64,000 nucleotides of DNA, taken from contig CAZQJK010000009.1 in assembly GCA_964593545.1 (NCBI GenBank), positions 17,505-81,504 of the forward strand. The letters run 5' to 3'. The translations under genes and the position numbers were made by a program. This DNA is from an uncultured Bacteriovorax sp. (GTDB taxonomy: Bacteria; Bdellovibrionota; Bacteriovoracia; Bacteriovoracales; Bacteriovoracaceae). Below the pieces are notes generated by a model. The model saw only the letters and a program-made list of their open reading frames with translations, was not told the origin of the DNA and did not search any database. Within the stretch, counting starts at the first letter, position 1; every line of letters begins with the position of its first letter. This document shows positions 24,804-34,995 of the stretch, in pieces.

Positions 24804-26525
24804 TCATCTTGCTTTTGAATATCCGTAGAAGAACATCCCCAAAGAAGCGAACCAAAGAATATAACTTACACTTGGTATACTTCTAATATCAAGAGATTGT
24901 AATGTATCGATATTGACAAGCTGCAAGCCAGACATAAAGAGAATGCAGCTAAAAAGACAAAAGCCGAGAAAGATCAGCGCAGATGATACCTTATCAAACG
25001 ATTTCTCCATTCCCTGATGCTTAACTTCAAATGCATAACCGTTCTTAGACCATTCCTTTAGAAACCATCTTAAATGTCTAGGAACAACTCGAGAGGAATT
25101 AAGGATGTCTTTTCCTAACCAGAAAGCATCTTCCATAAAGTATTCTTTTTGAAAATTCTTTTTAATTATACTATCAATATCATCCTGTAAAAAAGAGAAG
25201 AGATCAAAATCCATCCCTAGAGACTTACCAACACCATCTAAGGTTATTAGCGCACGAAACACAATAAACCACTCTCTTGGTAGAAAGATTTCATGCTCGC
25301 GAAGTGTTTTTGTAATAATTTTAAATACCGCGCTAAAATTTGTCTGCTTTATCGTTAAGCCTATAAAAGGCGCTAAAGCGTAGCGCATGTCGATGACAAG
25401 CTTATCCACATCAGGGATTTTTTCATACTGTGCGACATCTAGAAATTCATTAACTAATGTTTCATAATTGTTGTTTAAGATGGAGTATATAATTGCGACA
25501 AAGTTTTGTCTCCCTTGTCGTGAGAGATTACCAACCAATCCAAAATCAATGAGAGCTATTTTCCCATCATTTGTATAGAAAAAGTTTCCACCATGAAGAT
25601 CGGCGTGAAAGAAACCTTCCCCAAGAAAAGTTTGAATAAATACCTTGATCGACTCATTTAATTTATCTTCTAGCTCTGCAAGCTTTGAGTGTATTCGAAA
25701 ACTATCACTAAAAGGTATTCCATTAATGAGCTCCATCACTAATAAATTCTCTGTTGTAAATTCTCCAAATATTTTTGGAACATAGAAAATACCATTCTCG
25801 TCATATTCAGAAATTATTTTTTGAAGTTTTTCACAATTCATTGCCTCAATATTGAAATTAAATTCATTTTGAAGTGATAATGCAAAATCCTCGATAACTC
25901 GAGAAAGACCTAGGAACTTAACTTCACTTCCAACTTTTTCCGCAGTCGTCGCCATAAAAAGCAAAATAGATAAGTCAGTATCGATTATATCTTCAATTCC
26001 GGGCCTTCTAACTTTCAGTACAACATCTTTTCCAGATAGAAGTTTAGCTTTATAAACAAGACCTATCGAAGCTGTACCAAGAGGACTATCGTCAACACTT
26101 TCAAAAACAGCTTCAATTTTTCTTCCTAAAGAATGCTCAACCTGAGCTCTTACAGCACTAAAAGGAAGTGGACTAACTTGATCCCTAAGAAGCTTCATTT
26201 GATTAATGAAACCTTCATCAAATAAATCTTCTCTTGAAGCAAATAGTTGCCCAAACTTAACAAATGCCGGGCCGAGCTCTTCAAAGCAGAGACGAAGCCT
26301 TAGTCCTATTATTTCAGACCAACCACTCTCTTCAATCTTATCAAGCTCTTCTTTAATTTTTAATTTTGTTGCGCGAGGTAGAACAAATCCAGGGATTTTA
26401 GATATAACACCATGCGGGATAAACTCATCAAATCCATGTCTAGCAAAAATAGATACTATTTCTCTTAGTCGACCAATATTCTTGATCGTTCGAGATACCT
26501 TAAATCCTGTACTTATAATACCCAT
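24804..26525 (-). CDS. ABC1/UbiB family atypical kinase
   Basis: ELGPAFVKFGQ, ASIGLVY, VLKVRRP, FHADLHGGN, IDFG. Confidence 0.93.
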   Translation of the reverse strand: MGIISTGFKVSRTIKNIGRLREIVSIFARHGFDEFIPHGVISKIPGFVLPRATKLKIKEELDKIEESGWSEIIGLRLRLCFEELGPAFVKFGQLFASREDLFDEGFINQMKLLRDQVSPLPFSAVRAQVEHSLGRKIEAVFESVDDSPLGTASIGLVYKAKLLSGKDVVLKVRRPGIEDIIDTDLSILLFMATTAEKVGSEVKFLGLSRVIEDFALSLQNEFNFNIEAMNCEKLQKIISEYDENGIFYVPKIFGEFTTENLLVMELINGIPFSDSFRIHSKLAELEDKLNESIKVFIQTFLGEGFFHADLHGGNFFYTNDGKIALIDFGLVGNLSRQGRQNFVAIIYSILNNNYETLVNEFLDVAQYEKIPDVDKLVIDMRYALAPFIGLTIKQTNFSAVFKIITKTLREHEIFLPREWFIVFRALITLDGVGKSLGMDFDLFSFLQDDIDSIIKKNFQKEYFMEDAFWLGKDILNSSRVVPRHLRWFLKEWSKNGYAFEVKHQGMEKSFDKVSSALIFLGFCLFSCILFMSGLQLVNIDTLQSLDIRSIPSVSYILWFASLGMFFYGYSKAR

Positions 26526-26644
26526 AGTTATTCCATCCGTTGATTTATCAAAAGTGTATCATAAACACGATGCCTCTAAACACATTTTTAAGAAGACCAT
26601 TTCATATTTGGAAATTATCGATATTAATGATAAAAATATGTCTT

Positions 26645-27133
26645 ATGAAATTTTTAATAATCTTTTCAATTCTCTTTTCACACGCAAGTTTCGCAAATGA
26701 AGCATGTAGTCGAATTGCTATTATCAATCAGCAAGAAGTCTTGGTTGACCCAAGTAGCAATAGAAAAGGAGAAGGGCTAAGGTATCACCTTGAAAAAGAT
26801 GAAGTCGCTAAGTTTTATCTTAACGAGTACCAAAACACGATTGAAAGTAACTTAAGACCTGCAATTATTGGAACAGCTGGAACAGGACTTATCTTGAGCG
26901 CATTTATTGCAAATGCCAGTGATAAGAATAGAAAAGTCTTGTTGCTCTCTGGCGTTGCAACGATTCTGATTAATTTTTTAATTGATAAAACAATTGATAG
27001 CTCAAATGAAAAAAACTTCACCAGAGCAATTGAAGAATATAATAAAAGACAGTTTCCAAAAATCTATCTTCAAGACAATGAAAAAACTAATCCTGCTCAA
27101 AGCATTATGCTAGAGAAGAACTGGAGCTTTTAA
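26645..27133 (+). CDS. Exported/membrane hypothetical protein
   Basis: Signal peptide MKFLIIF...FA, two hydrophobic segments; start moved from 26540. Confidence 0.7.
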   Translation: MKFLIIFSILFSHASFANEACSRIAIINQQEVLVDPSSNRKGEGLRYHLEKDEVAKFYLNEYQNTIESNLRPAIIGTAGTGLILSAFIANASDKNRKVLLLSGVATILINFLIDKTIDSSNEKNFTRAIEEYNKRQFPKIYLQDNEKTNPAQSIMLEKNWSF

Positions 27134-27432
27134 TGAATTTGAATGATAAAATTACTTGCTTCAAATGCCAAAAAGCGCTTGATTTAGCCCCCGGAACAAT
27201 TATTCACCGAAGTGAAGAATGCCCTCATTGCTTATCAAGCCTACATTGCTGTAAGATGTGTAACTTCTATGACCCTAAATCATATAATGAGTGCCGAGAA
27301 ACTTCTGCAGACAGAATTGTTGATAAAGAAGTAAATAACTTCTGTGACTATTTTATACTAAAAGGTGCAGGCGATGATGGATCATCAAAAGATGACCTCC
27401 TGGCACAAGCTAATTCACTATTTAAATTTTAA
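27133..27432 (+). CDS. Small Cys-rich probable metal-binding protein
   Basis: CFKC, CPHC, CCKMC and two more Cys; TAATG coupling with upstream gene. Confidence 0.75.
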   Translation: MNLNDKITCFKCQKALDLAPGTIIHRSEECPHCLSSLHCCKMCNFYDPKSYNECRETSADRIVDKEVNNFCDYFILKGAGDDGSSKDDLLAQANSLFKF

Positions 27433-27444
27433 AAGGAAAAAAAA

Positions 27445-27918
27445 ATGAATGAAAGTCCAATAACAAAAGAAGGCTATGACAAAGTTCAGGATGAGTTAAA
27501 TCATCTCATCAAAGTTGTCAGAGAAGAGTTGCGTATTACGATTTCAGAAGCAAGAGAACTTGGTGACCTTAAGGAAAATGCTGAGTATCACGCAGCAAAA
27601 GAAAAGCAATCCCAAGTGGAAGGAAGAATTAGCCAACTCCAAGGAATCATTGCAACCTCTAAGGTTATTGATATTTCCCAAGTAAGTTCTGACAAAATTG
27701 TTTTCGGGGCATCCGTAACAATTTCGAACGTGGACACTGAAGAAGAAGTGACTTACACAATTGTTGGGGAATCTGAATCTAATATGAAAGAAGGCAAGGT
27801 TTCATACTCAAGCCCACTTGGAAAAGCCTTAATAGGAAAAGAAGAGGGCGATACAGTTATAGTCCGTGCCCCAAAAGGTAATATTGAATATGAGGTATTA
27901 AGTATTGAGTATAAGTAA
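27445..27918 (+). CDS. greA: Transcription elongation factor GreA
   Basis: ARELGDLKENAEYHAAKEKQ, SPLGKALIGK. Confidence 0.97.
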   Translation: MNESPITKEGYDKVQDELNHLIKVVREELRITISEARELGDLKENAEYHAAKEKQSQVEGRISQLQGIIATSKVIDISQVSSDKIVFGASVTISNVDTEEEVTYTIVGESESNMKEGKVSYSSPLGKALIGKEEGDTVIVRAPKGNIEYEVLSIEYK

Positions 27919-29989
27919 CCTCAATCTCAAGTCTCCAATATCTTCTTTATATAAGAAGCCCTCTACTACTGTAGAAAAACTACTAAATGCAAATATTATT
28001 TCCTTGGAAGACTTAATGTGGGTATTTCCAAGGAAAATTTTAAAACTCCCTCAGATTACAAAATTTCAAAATGCAAAAATTGACGAATACTTCCGAGGTG
28101 CTGGAAAAGTCTTAAGTGTCCAAGCGAGACCTAACTTTAAGGCCAAAGGCAAGGGCAAAGCAATGCTCTATAATATCTCAGCAACTGTCCAAGACATTAA
28201 TTCATCTCAAATTATTTCTTTAAAATGGTTTAACTGTTACTCTTCAATGCAAAAAAAGATTGGTTCTTGTGAAAGCATTGAGTTCTTAGGCGTTGTCAGT
28301 ATCTTTAATGAACAATTACAAATAGCAAACCCTGAGTTTAGTATCCTCGGTGAAAGTACAATAGCAGAAGGCTTGCGAATCCAGTACCCAACAATTTCTT
28401 CTGTAACTTCAACTAATTTCAAAAAGGTTATTGATAAAATCCCACTCGAGCTATGGGATACTTTGAATGAAATACTTCCAAGCTCAGTCTTAGAAAAAAA
28501 TAATCTGATTCCTCGTTCAGATGCTTTCAAATATATTCATGGGAAAGTTGAGCTTTGCGACTGGGATGAAGATAAATTAAATCAATCTATCTATCGCTTG
28601 AAATATGAGGAATTTTTCCTCGATCAAATTAAAATAAGTATCAGAAAAAAAGCACGAATCGACCAAGAAGGAATTATTATTTCCCCTTCAAGTGAAAATA
28701 TCTCTTCGTTTTTAAAAATGTATCCCTATCCCCTCACACATGATCAAGAGATGGCCGTTAACGATATTATTGTCGACCTCAAATCTGGGCAGCCAATGAT
28801 GAGATTGGTCCAGGGAGATGTCGGGTGCGGTAAAACAACCGTCGCAGTCATTGCATCGGCCCTAGTTATTTCTGCAGGCCTTCAGGTTGCCCTCATGTGT
28901 CCTACTGAAGCACTCGCAACACAGCACTACGCAAGCTTAGTTGAAGTACTGCCAAGTCATATGAGCATTGGAATTCTTCTTGGAAGTACTCCAGTGAAGA
29001 GCAAGAATCAGATTCTCTCTGATCTTAAGTCAGGTAAAATAAATCTTATCATTGGAACTCATTCTCTTTTTCAAGACAGTGTCGAGTTTAGCTCACTTGG
29101 ACTTTCTATAATTGACGAGCAACATAAATTTGGTGTTGAACAACGTTTAAAACTAGTTTCAAAAGGAGTTGGTTCACACTGCCTTATCATGAGTGCCACA
29201 CCAATACCTCGTTCGCTAAGTCTTACTCAGTATGGAGATCTTGATATTTCAGTCATTAAGAATATGCCATCAGGAAGAAAGGGCTCTAAGACAAGAATTG
29301 TTACACCAGAGACCTTTCCCAAATTCCTAAGTTTTTTAAAAACTAGAATTGAAATGGGAGAACAAGCCTATATACTCGTCCCTGCCATTAGTGAGTCACC
29401 GGATCAAAATATAAGAGACCTTGAAAAAACATTCAAAAAATTTAAAGACTTTTTCCCTGAGTGTCGTATTTCTGAACTTCATGGACAAATGAAGTCAGAA
29501 GAAAAGGCTAATGTATTTAGAGCTTTTAAAGATCACGAGATAGATATTCTCGTTGCAACTTCAGTTATTGAGGTTGGTATCAATGTTCTAAATTCAACAA
29601 TTATGGCCATACTTAATCCTGAAAGATTTGGACTTAGTTCACTACATCAGATGAGGGGAAGAGTTGGCCGTGGAGAAAAGCCTGGATTTTGTTTTTTAGT
29701 TACAGAGAGGAAACTTAACCCCGATAGCCTTCACCGCCTACAAGTAATTGAAAACAACACAGATGGATTTCAAATAGCAGAGGAAGATCTTAAAATCCGA
29801 GGAGAGGGCGATCTTTTTGGTCAAGAACAATCGGGTGTAATCACACAAAGAAGGATTGCTAATATTATTACAGACCAACCAATTCTACTTAAGGTCATTA
29901 GTGATTTTGGCGAAATTTCCGATGGCGATGAAGTAAACCTACTTCACGACCAACTTCAGACGGATGAAAAGATTCTCACTACTATTTAA
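27905..29989 (+). CDS. recG: ATP-dependent DNA helicase RecG
   Basis: QGDVGCGKT, IDEQHKFG, MSATPIPR, LHQMRGRVGRG, RGEGD. Confidence 0.95.
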   Translation: MSISNLNLKSPISSLYKKPSTTVEKLLNANIISLEDLMWVFPRKILKLPQITKFQNAKIDEYFRGAGKVLSVQARPNFKAKGKGKAMLYNISATVQDINSSQIISLKWFNCYSSMQKKIGSCESIEFLGVVSIFNEQLQIANPEFSILGESTIAEGLRIQYPTISSVTSTNFKKVIDKIPLELWDTLNEILPSSVLEKNNLIPRSDAFKYIHGKVELCDWDEDKLNQSIYRLKYEEFFLDQIKISIRKKARIDQEGIIISPSSENISSFLKMYPYPLTHDQEMAVNDIIVDLKSGQPMMRLVQGDVGCGKTTVAVIASALVISAGLQVALMCPTEALATQHYASLVEVLPSHMSIGILLGSTPVKSKNQILSDLKSGKINLIIGTHSLFQDSVEFSSLGLSIIDEQHKFGVEQRLKLVSKGVGSHCLIMSATPIPRSLSLTQYGDLDISVIKNMPSGRKGSKTRIVTPETFPKFLSFLKTRIEMGEQAYILVPAISESPDQNIRDLEKTFKKFKDFFPECRISELHGQMKSEEKANVFRAFKDHEIDILVATSVIEVGINVLNSTIMAILNPERFGLSSLHQMRGRVGRGEKPGFCFLVTERKLNPDSLHRLQVIENNTDGFQIAEEDLKIRGEGDLFGQEQSGVITQRRIANIITDQPILLKVISDFGEISDGDEVNLLHDQLQTDEKILTTI

Positions 29990-30014
29990 TTCATTTTCCA
30001 TATAAAATGAATCC

Positions 30015-30452
30015 ATGATTAATTTTAATATAATTGATTCACCTGATTTATTATCGATTGGAAAATATGAATTCAAACTTCATCATATTCGAATTGGTCG
30101 AAATCTTGGCAATACAATCGCAATAAATGATCCATCGATTTCAACTCGAGATAAAATTGTCCTAAGAACAAATAAATCCGGCTTAATTGTCGAAAGTAAC
30201 TGCAATTTTCTAATTAATGGTAAAAAAGTTAATGGCGTCTTGAATATCAAAATTGAAGACCAAATAACATTTGGTAATACTCATATAAAAATAGCTTCAT
30301 TTGACCTGTCTAATATCATTATTGCAGATGCATACTACGATAAGCTTGAGAAAATCAGCAATGATGATCCCAAACTTTCAATCCTTCTCGAAAATATTGA
30401 AGAATTCTATATAAACCTTACTAATGAGAGCCTCGATGATCTGGAAAAGTAA
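30015..30452 (+). CDS. FHA-like domain protein
   Basis: IRIGRN...INDPSIS...FLINGKKV...DQITFG; pThr-binding residues only partly conserved. Confidence 0.65.
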   Translation: MINFNIIDSPDLLSIGKYEFKLHHIRIGRNLGNTIAINDPSISTRDKIVLRTNKSGLIVESNCNFLINGKKVNGVLNIKIEDQITFGNTHIKIASFDLSNIIIADAYYDKLEKISNDDPKLSILLENIEEFYINLTNESLDDLEK

Positions 30453-31329
30453 ATCTAACTTTCTTCAAGTTGACGGGGAAACGACTATTCATTTTCATAC
30501 GAACTTTAAAAAAGATGAGCCTGTAAATGATAGACCAGTAATTATTTTTAACTACGGACTTGTTTGCAATATTGAACATTTCAAATACCAAATTGAATTC
30601 TATGACAAACATGGTTTTAATGTTGTTTTGCATGATTATCGCTGTCATTTTGACTCTATCTGCGACACTGGAATTCAAACCTGCACATTTGAAAATATAT
30701 CTCATGACCTGTGTAAGTTAATGGATCACTTAGGTATTAAGAAGTCCCACATGATTGGTCACAGTATGGGAGTTAATGTCACTCTAGAGTTTGCCCGCCT
30801 CTATCCAAAGAGACTCGCAAGTATGGTCTTGATTTCGGGAACAGTTTTTCCTCCTCAAGATGTAATGTTTGATTCGAATATTGTAGACCTCGCTGAACCA
30901 GCCATTATTGAACTTAGAAAACAACTAGGGCCAATTTATGACAACCTCTGGGTAAATACATATAAGAACCCACTGGCACGATTTATTGTGTGGCAAGGCG
31001 GATTCAATATGAAGAAAACTAAGATTGATTTTGTTGAACATTATATGAAAAAGATCGGAGAACTTTCCCCTGATTTATTTTTTCATCTGCTCTCAGAGAT
31101 GAGAAAACATGACATTATTAATGAACTCGAAGTTATTGAAAACCCAACGTTGTTGATTGGGGGAGATAAAGATAAAATAATTCCAAATTACTTGCAAAGA
31201 GTTTTAAAGAAATACCTACAAAATTCCAGTCTCTATATTGTCAAAGATGGAAGCCATGTTCCCCAGATAGACTTCCCTGAGTTTATCAATCAGAGGAGCT
31301 TAAACTTTATCAACAAAAATTTAAATTAA
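30436..31329 (+). CDS. Alpha/beta hydrolase
   Basis: GHSMG nucleophile elbow, GDKD, GSH triad residues. Confidence 0.9.
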   Translation: MIWKSKSNFLQVDGETTIHFHTNFKKDEPVNDRPVIIFNYGLVCNIEHFKYQIEFYDKHGFNVVLHDYRCHFDSICDTGIQTCTFENISHDLCKLMDHLGIKKSHMIGHSMGVNVTLEFARLYPKRLASMVLISGTVFPPQDVMFDSNIVDLAEPAIIELRKQLGPIYDNLWVNTYKNPLARFIVWQGGFNMKKTKIDFVEHYMKKIGELSPDLFFHLLSEMRKHDIINELEVIENPTLLIGGDKDKIIPNYLQRVLKKYLQNSSLYIVKDGSHVPQIDFPEFINQRSLNFINKNLN

Positions 31330-32550
31330 ATTCTTATAGGCTAAGAGTTCTTTAAAAACTCTCTTCATCGCAGACCTTCTCTGAGCCTTCTTATATTCGA
31401 TGTGTGAAGCTTCTCCCTGAGTATTTTGATTATGAGACAAATCATCCACAACTTGAACTTCGTACGGATAGAAAAATCTAACATCTCTTGCAATTAAAGA
31501 AGTATCAAGATTCATAATTCTCTGAGATATTGGACTATCGGCATCTTTTTTTGCTTCTTTTCTAATACTTAAAAACTCAGTTAAAAATGGGTTCTTATAT
31601 TTGATTAACTGTCTGCAAGTAAACTGTATCGACTGATAATTTTTTGAGGTATGAGCATTTCTCTCACTCTCTGTTCCTTCAAAGAAAGAACATTCATTAA
31701 TTTCACGATTAACTGCCGCTAAGAAACGCTCCTCCGACAGGTTATTCCTAATTGCCATTTTTACTATACCAGAGTATTTCTTTTTAAATTTCTCGAGATC
31801 AATAATCGTATTCACCGAACGACTTGGCTTAATATTATGAGGGATTACAACATTCTTTTCGATGAGAAATTTGACGACATTAATACAATCAAACTTACTT
31901 TTAGTTACAAAGCGAATTCCAACTCTATCAAACAGTTCCTCTGCAACATTTTCAGCCTTATGAAGAAGTTTGATAATGACACTGTCTCTAGTTTTCTTAG
32001 ATTTGGTTTCAAAATCTATAAGTGGAATATTGTACTCACCATGTTTCAAAAAAAGATTATTATCACTATCTCGATGTAAGTATTTATAGAAGCGATCGAA
32101 GATTTGAGTTTGAATAATATTAAAATAATTAGATCTTAGGTCTTTATCAGCGTGTAAAATTGTGTGCATAACCTTCAATACAATTTCGGCCCACAATCTT
32201 TCCTCATGCTCCGACTCAGAATTTCCAGTCGCCATTAAAAAAAGATCTCTTACATCTGTAATCATATATAAAGAATTTGGAATTTTCATGTCCAATCCCT
32301 CAGGATCACCTTCTTTCAAAAAATATCTTCTTATAAATTGCATTGCTTCTTGAAAGTTTCCAAAAAGTTCGGCACGACTAACGGGATCATTAGGGTCAAG
32401 GCCGTAACCTTTCAAGAAACTATTAACCTGCTCAACATTGTATATTTGAGAAATTAAGAACCTTGAATCCAAAGCTGATTTTCCACCTACTACGACGTTG
32501 AATAGATCCCAATCAAAAATATATTTATTTAAATAGTCTGGTCTCGACAT
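31321..32550 (-). CDS. TIGR04552-type protein with RelA/SpoT-like nucleotidyltransferase motifs
   Basis: KTRDSVIIKL, FDRVGIRFVT, YQSIQ, YEVQV, HIEYK. Confidence 0.75.
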   Translation of the reverse strand: MSRPDYLNKYIFDWDLFNVVVGGKSALDSRFLISQIYNVEQVNSFLKGYGLDPNDPVSRAELFGNFQEAMQFIRRYFLKEGDPEGLDMKIPNSLYMITDVRDLFLMATGNSESEHEERLWAEIVLKVMHTILHADKDLRSNYFNIIQTQIFDRFYKYLHRDSDNNLFLKHGEYNIPLIDFETKSKKTRDSVIIKLLHKAENVAEELFDRVGIRFVTKSKFDCINVVKFLIEKNVVIPHNIKPSRSVNTIIDLEKFKKKYSGIVKMAIRNNLSEERFLAAVNREINECSFFEGTESERNAHTSKNYQSIQFTCRQLIKYKNPFLTEFLSIRKEAKKDADSPISQRIMNLDTSLIARDVRFFYPYEVQVVDDLSHNQNTQGEASHIEYKKAQRRSAMKRVFKELLAYKNLI

Positions 32551-32594
32551 TTGTTTTTCCAAATTAAAAAGATTACGTTACAATTTTCTACAAG

Positions 32595-33086
32595 ATGTTA
32601 AAAGAAAATAAACCACCACTCAATGATCCTGCAATATTATTCTTAACTTGTCTTGGAGCTGGTTATTCACCATATTTCCCAGGAACAGTAGGAAGCTTAG
32701 TTATTCTACTTCCCCTTTATTTTCTTGGTCAAATGAGCCCACCTTTTTTCCTCTTTATACCATTTATATCAATTTTATCTCTAATGAGTATTTACATTAT
32801 TGATATAGTTGAGAAAAAACATAAAATTCATGATCCAGGCTGGATCGTCATTGATGAAGTTGTCGGAATGTGGATCACATGCCTATTTCTACAATCGCAC
32901 GACGCTATTCACTACTTCGTCGCCTTCATCTGGTTTCGTGTCTTTGACATACTTAAGCCTTGGCCAGTCAGCTATTTCGACAATCTCCAAAGCGCCTTCG
33001 GTACACTATTTGATGATGTCGTTGCTGGACTCATGGGCGGCGCAGCATATCTTCTTACATTTAAATTGTTAGAAGTTTTATCTTGA
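32595..33086 (+). CDS. pgpA: Phosphatidylglycerophosphatase A
   Basis: PGTVGS, HDPGWIVIDEVVG, FRVFDILKPWP, DDVVAG. Confidence 0.95.
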   Translation: MLKENKPPLNDPAILFLTCLGAGYSPYFPGTVGSLVILLPLYFLGQMSPPFFLFIPFISILSLMSIYIIDIVEKKHKIHDPGWIVIDEVVGMWITCLFLQSHDAIHYFVAFIWFRVFDILKPWPVSYFDNLQSAFGTLFDDVVAGLMGGAAYLLTFKLLEVLS

Positions 33087-33268
33087 CTTACGCAAAACTT
33101 ACGCTAAAAATATACCTACTGAAGTTCAATTATTGAATTTTGCAAAAATGCAAACCTGATAAATCATAATGTTAGACAAATGAGAACGGGACGCTACTTT
33201 GCAATGGAAGAACAGTAATAGATTTGCTAACTTTCTAAAAGAAATATAATTTCAAAGGGGACACCACA

Positions 33269-34399
33269 ATGACTAGCACTAATCAAACAGATGTAAAAAA
33301 CAAGGCGAAGGCATTAGACCTAGCACTTTCTACAATTGAAAAACAATTTGGTAAAGGCGCAATAATGAGACTTGATGGTTCTAAACCACAAGTAAAAACT
33401 CCGGTTATCCCAACAGGATGTCTAGGACTAGACTTAGCACTTGGAGTAGGTGGAATTCCAAAAGGTCGAATCGTAGAAATCTACGGACCAGAATCATCAG
33501 GTAAAACAACTCTTACACTTCATATCGCTGCTCAGTGCCAACAACAAGGTGGAACGGTAGCTTTCGTTGATGCTGAACATGCACTTGATACAGGATATGC
33601 ATCAAAACTAGGTGTTGATATCCCTAATACTCTTATTTCTCAACCAGATAGTGGTGAGCAGGCCCTAGAAATTACAGACATGCTTGTACGTTCTGGTGCT
33701 GTTGATCTACTTATTGTTGACTCAGTTGCTGCACTCACACCAAGGGCAGAACTCGAAGGAGATATGGGAGACTCACACATGGGTCTACAAGCAAGACTTA
33801 TGTCTCAAGCATTAAGAAAACTTACAGGGTCAATCTCTCGCTCAAACTGTACTGTAATTTTCATTAACCAACTTAGAATGAAAATTGGTGTTATGTTTGG
33901 AAATCCTGAAACAACAACAGGTGGAAACGCACTTAAGTTCTACTCTTCAGTAAGACTAGATATCAGAAGAATTGGAGCGATCAAATCAACTGATGCGGTT
34001 ATTGGAAATAGAACAAGAGTTAAGGTTGTAAAAAACAAAGTAGCTCCTCCATTTAGAGAAGTTGAATTTGATATTATGTATGGTGAAGGTATATCTAAAG
34101 AAGGTGACCTATTAGATCTTGCTGTTCACAATAAAATAGTTGATAAAGCAGGTGCTTGGTTCTCATATAAAGATGCTAAAATTGGACAAGGTAGAGAGAA
34201 TTCAAAAGTTTTCTTAACTGAAAATCCAGAGATAGCGGAAGAGATCAAGACAAAAGTACTAAGCCTATATGGATTAGCTGAAGGTGTTGATGAAGTTATC
34301 GTAGATCAAAGCACTGGTGAAATTATTGAAGAAGAGATTTCTGAAGATGATACTGCAACAAAGTCTAAAGCAAAGAAAGCAAAGAAAACAGTTCAATAA
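33269..34399 (+). CDS. recA: Recombinase A
   Basis: [40 protein letters not shown]. Confidence 0.99.
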   Translation: MTSTNQTDVKNKAKALDLALSTIEKQFGKGAIMRLDGSKPQVKTPVIPTGCLGLDLALGVGGIPKGRIVEIYGPESSGKTTLTLHIAAQCQQQGGTVAFVDAEHALDTGYASKLGVDIPNTLISQPDSGEQALEITDMLVRSGAVDLLIVDSVAALTPRAELEGDMGDSHMGLQARLMSQALRKLTGSISRSNCTVIFINQLRMKIGVMFGNPETTTGGNALKFYSSVRLDIRRIGAIKSTDAVIGNRTRVKVVKNKVAPPFREVEFDIMYGEGISKEGDLLDLAVHNKIVDKAGAWFSYKDAKIGQGRENSKVFLTENPEIAEEIKTKVLSLYGLAEGVDEVIVDQSTGEIIEEEISEDDTATKSKAKKAKKTVQ

Positions 34400-34407
34400 A
34401 ACATAAT

Positions 34408-34464
34408 GATGCTTTTGGCTTGAGCTCACTGATGAATATCAGGAACAAAATAGCCAAGAGCATC
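34408..34464 (+). other. recA-recX intergenic hairpin
   Basis: GATGCTTTTGGCT / AGCCAAGAGCATC 13-bp stem with nested CTGAT/ATCAG hairpin. Confidence 0.6.
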
Positions 34465-34479
34465 TTCCAATAAACCGAT

Positions 34480-34995
34480 ATGACTAATAATCAGACCACA
34501 TCTGAAGAATTTCAAAGAGCATATTCATATACAATCCGAATCCTTTCAAAAAGAGACTATTCCATACATAAGCTTTCTCAAAAGCTCAAAGAGCGAGGTT
34601 TTGATCAAGTAACGATTGATACTGTTATTGACGAACTTGTAGTAAAGAAGTTTGTGAATGAAGAAAATTATGCGGAGTCTAAAATTAAGGGATGGATGCA
34701 AAAAGGTCACTCTCAAGATCTTATTTCTCAAAAACTCGAGTTAGAAAATATTTATGTTGATGATATATTCATTCAATCCGTATTTGATGAATACAAAATC
34801 AGTGAGGACTCGCAACTAAAACAACTCGTTGAAAAAAAATGTCGCTCAATCAAATCAAAAGAGATGTTAGATTTTAATTTCAAGAAAAAACTGATACGCT
34901 ATTTAATGTCAAAAGGACATTCATTTGATCTGGCACAACAGGCCATTGATAGTTACATCAGGAGACTTGATGAAGAAGAAATTGAGCATTATTAA
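34480..34995 (+). CDS. recX: Regulatory protein RecX
   Basis: Follows recA; LSKRDYS, VNEENYA, KLIRYLMSKGHS. Confidence 0.88.
   Translation: MTNNQTTSEEFQRAYSYTIRILSKRDYSIHKLSQKLKERGFDQVTIDTVIDELVVKKFVNEENYAESKIKGWMQKGHSQDLISQKLELENIYVDDIFIQSVFDEYKISEDSQLKQLVEKKCRSIKSKEMLDFNFKKKLIRYLMSKGHSFDLAQQAIDSYIRRLDEEEIEHY

Noticed and set aside
33150-33194. GCAAACC...GGGACGC resembling the c-di-GMP-I (GEMM) riboswitch P2 upstream of recA
   Set aside because: The ligand-contacting G before GCAAA and A after GGGACGC are both U; the inner stem with GNRA loop and the P3 receptor are missing. An Infernal search with RF01051 would settle it.
33187-33203. GG-N10-GC with TTGC upstream of recA
   Set aside because: The -24 half (GGACGC) is a poor match to GGCACG
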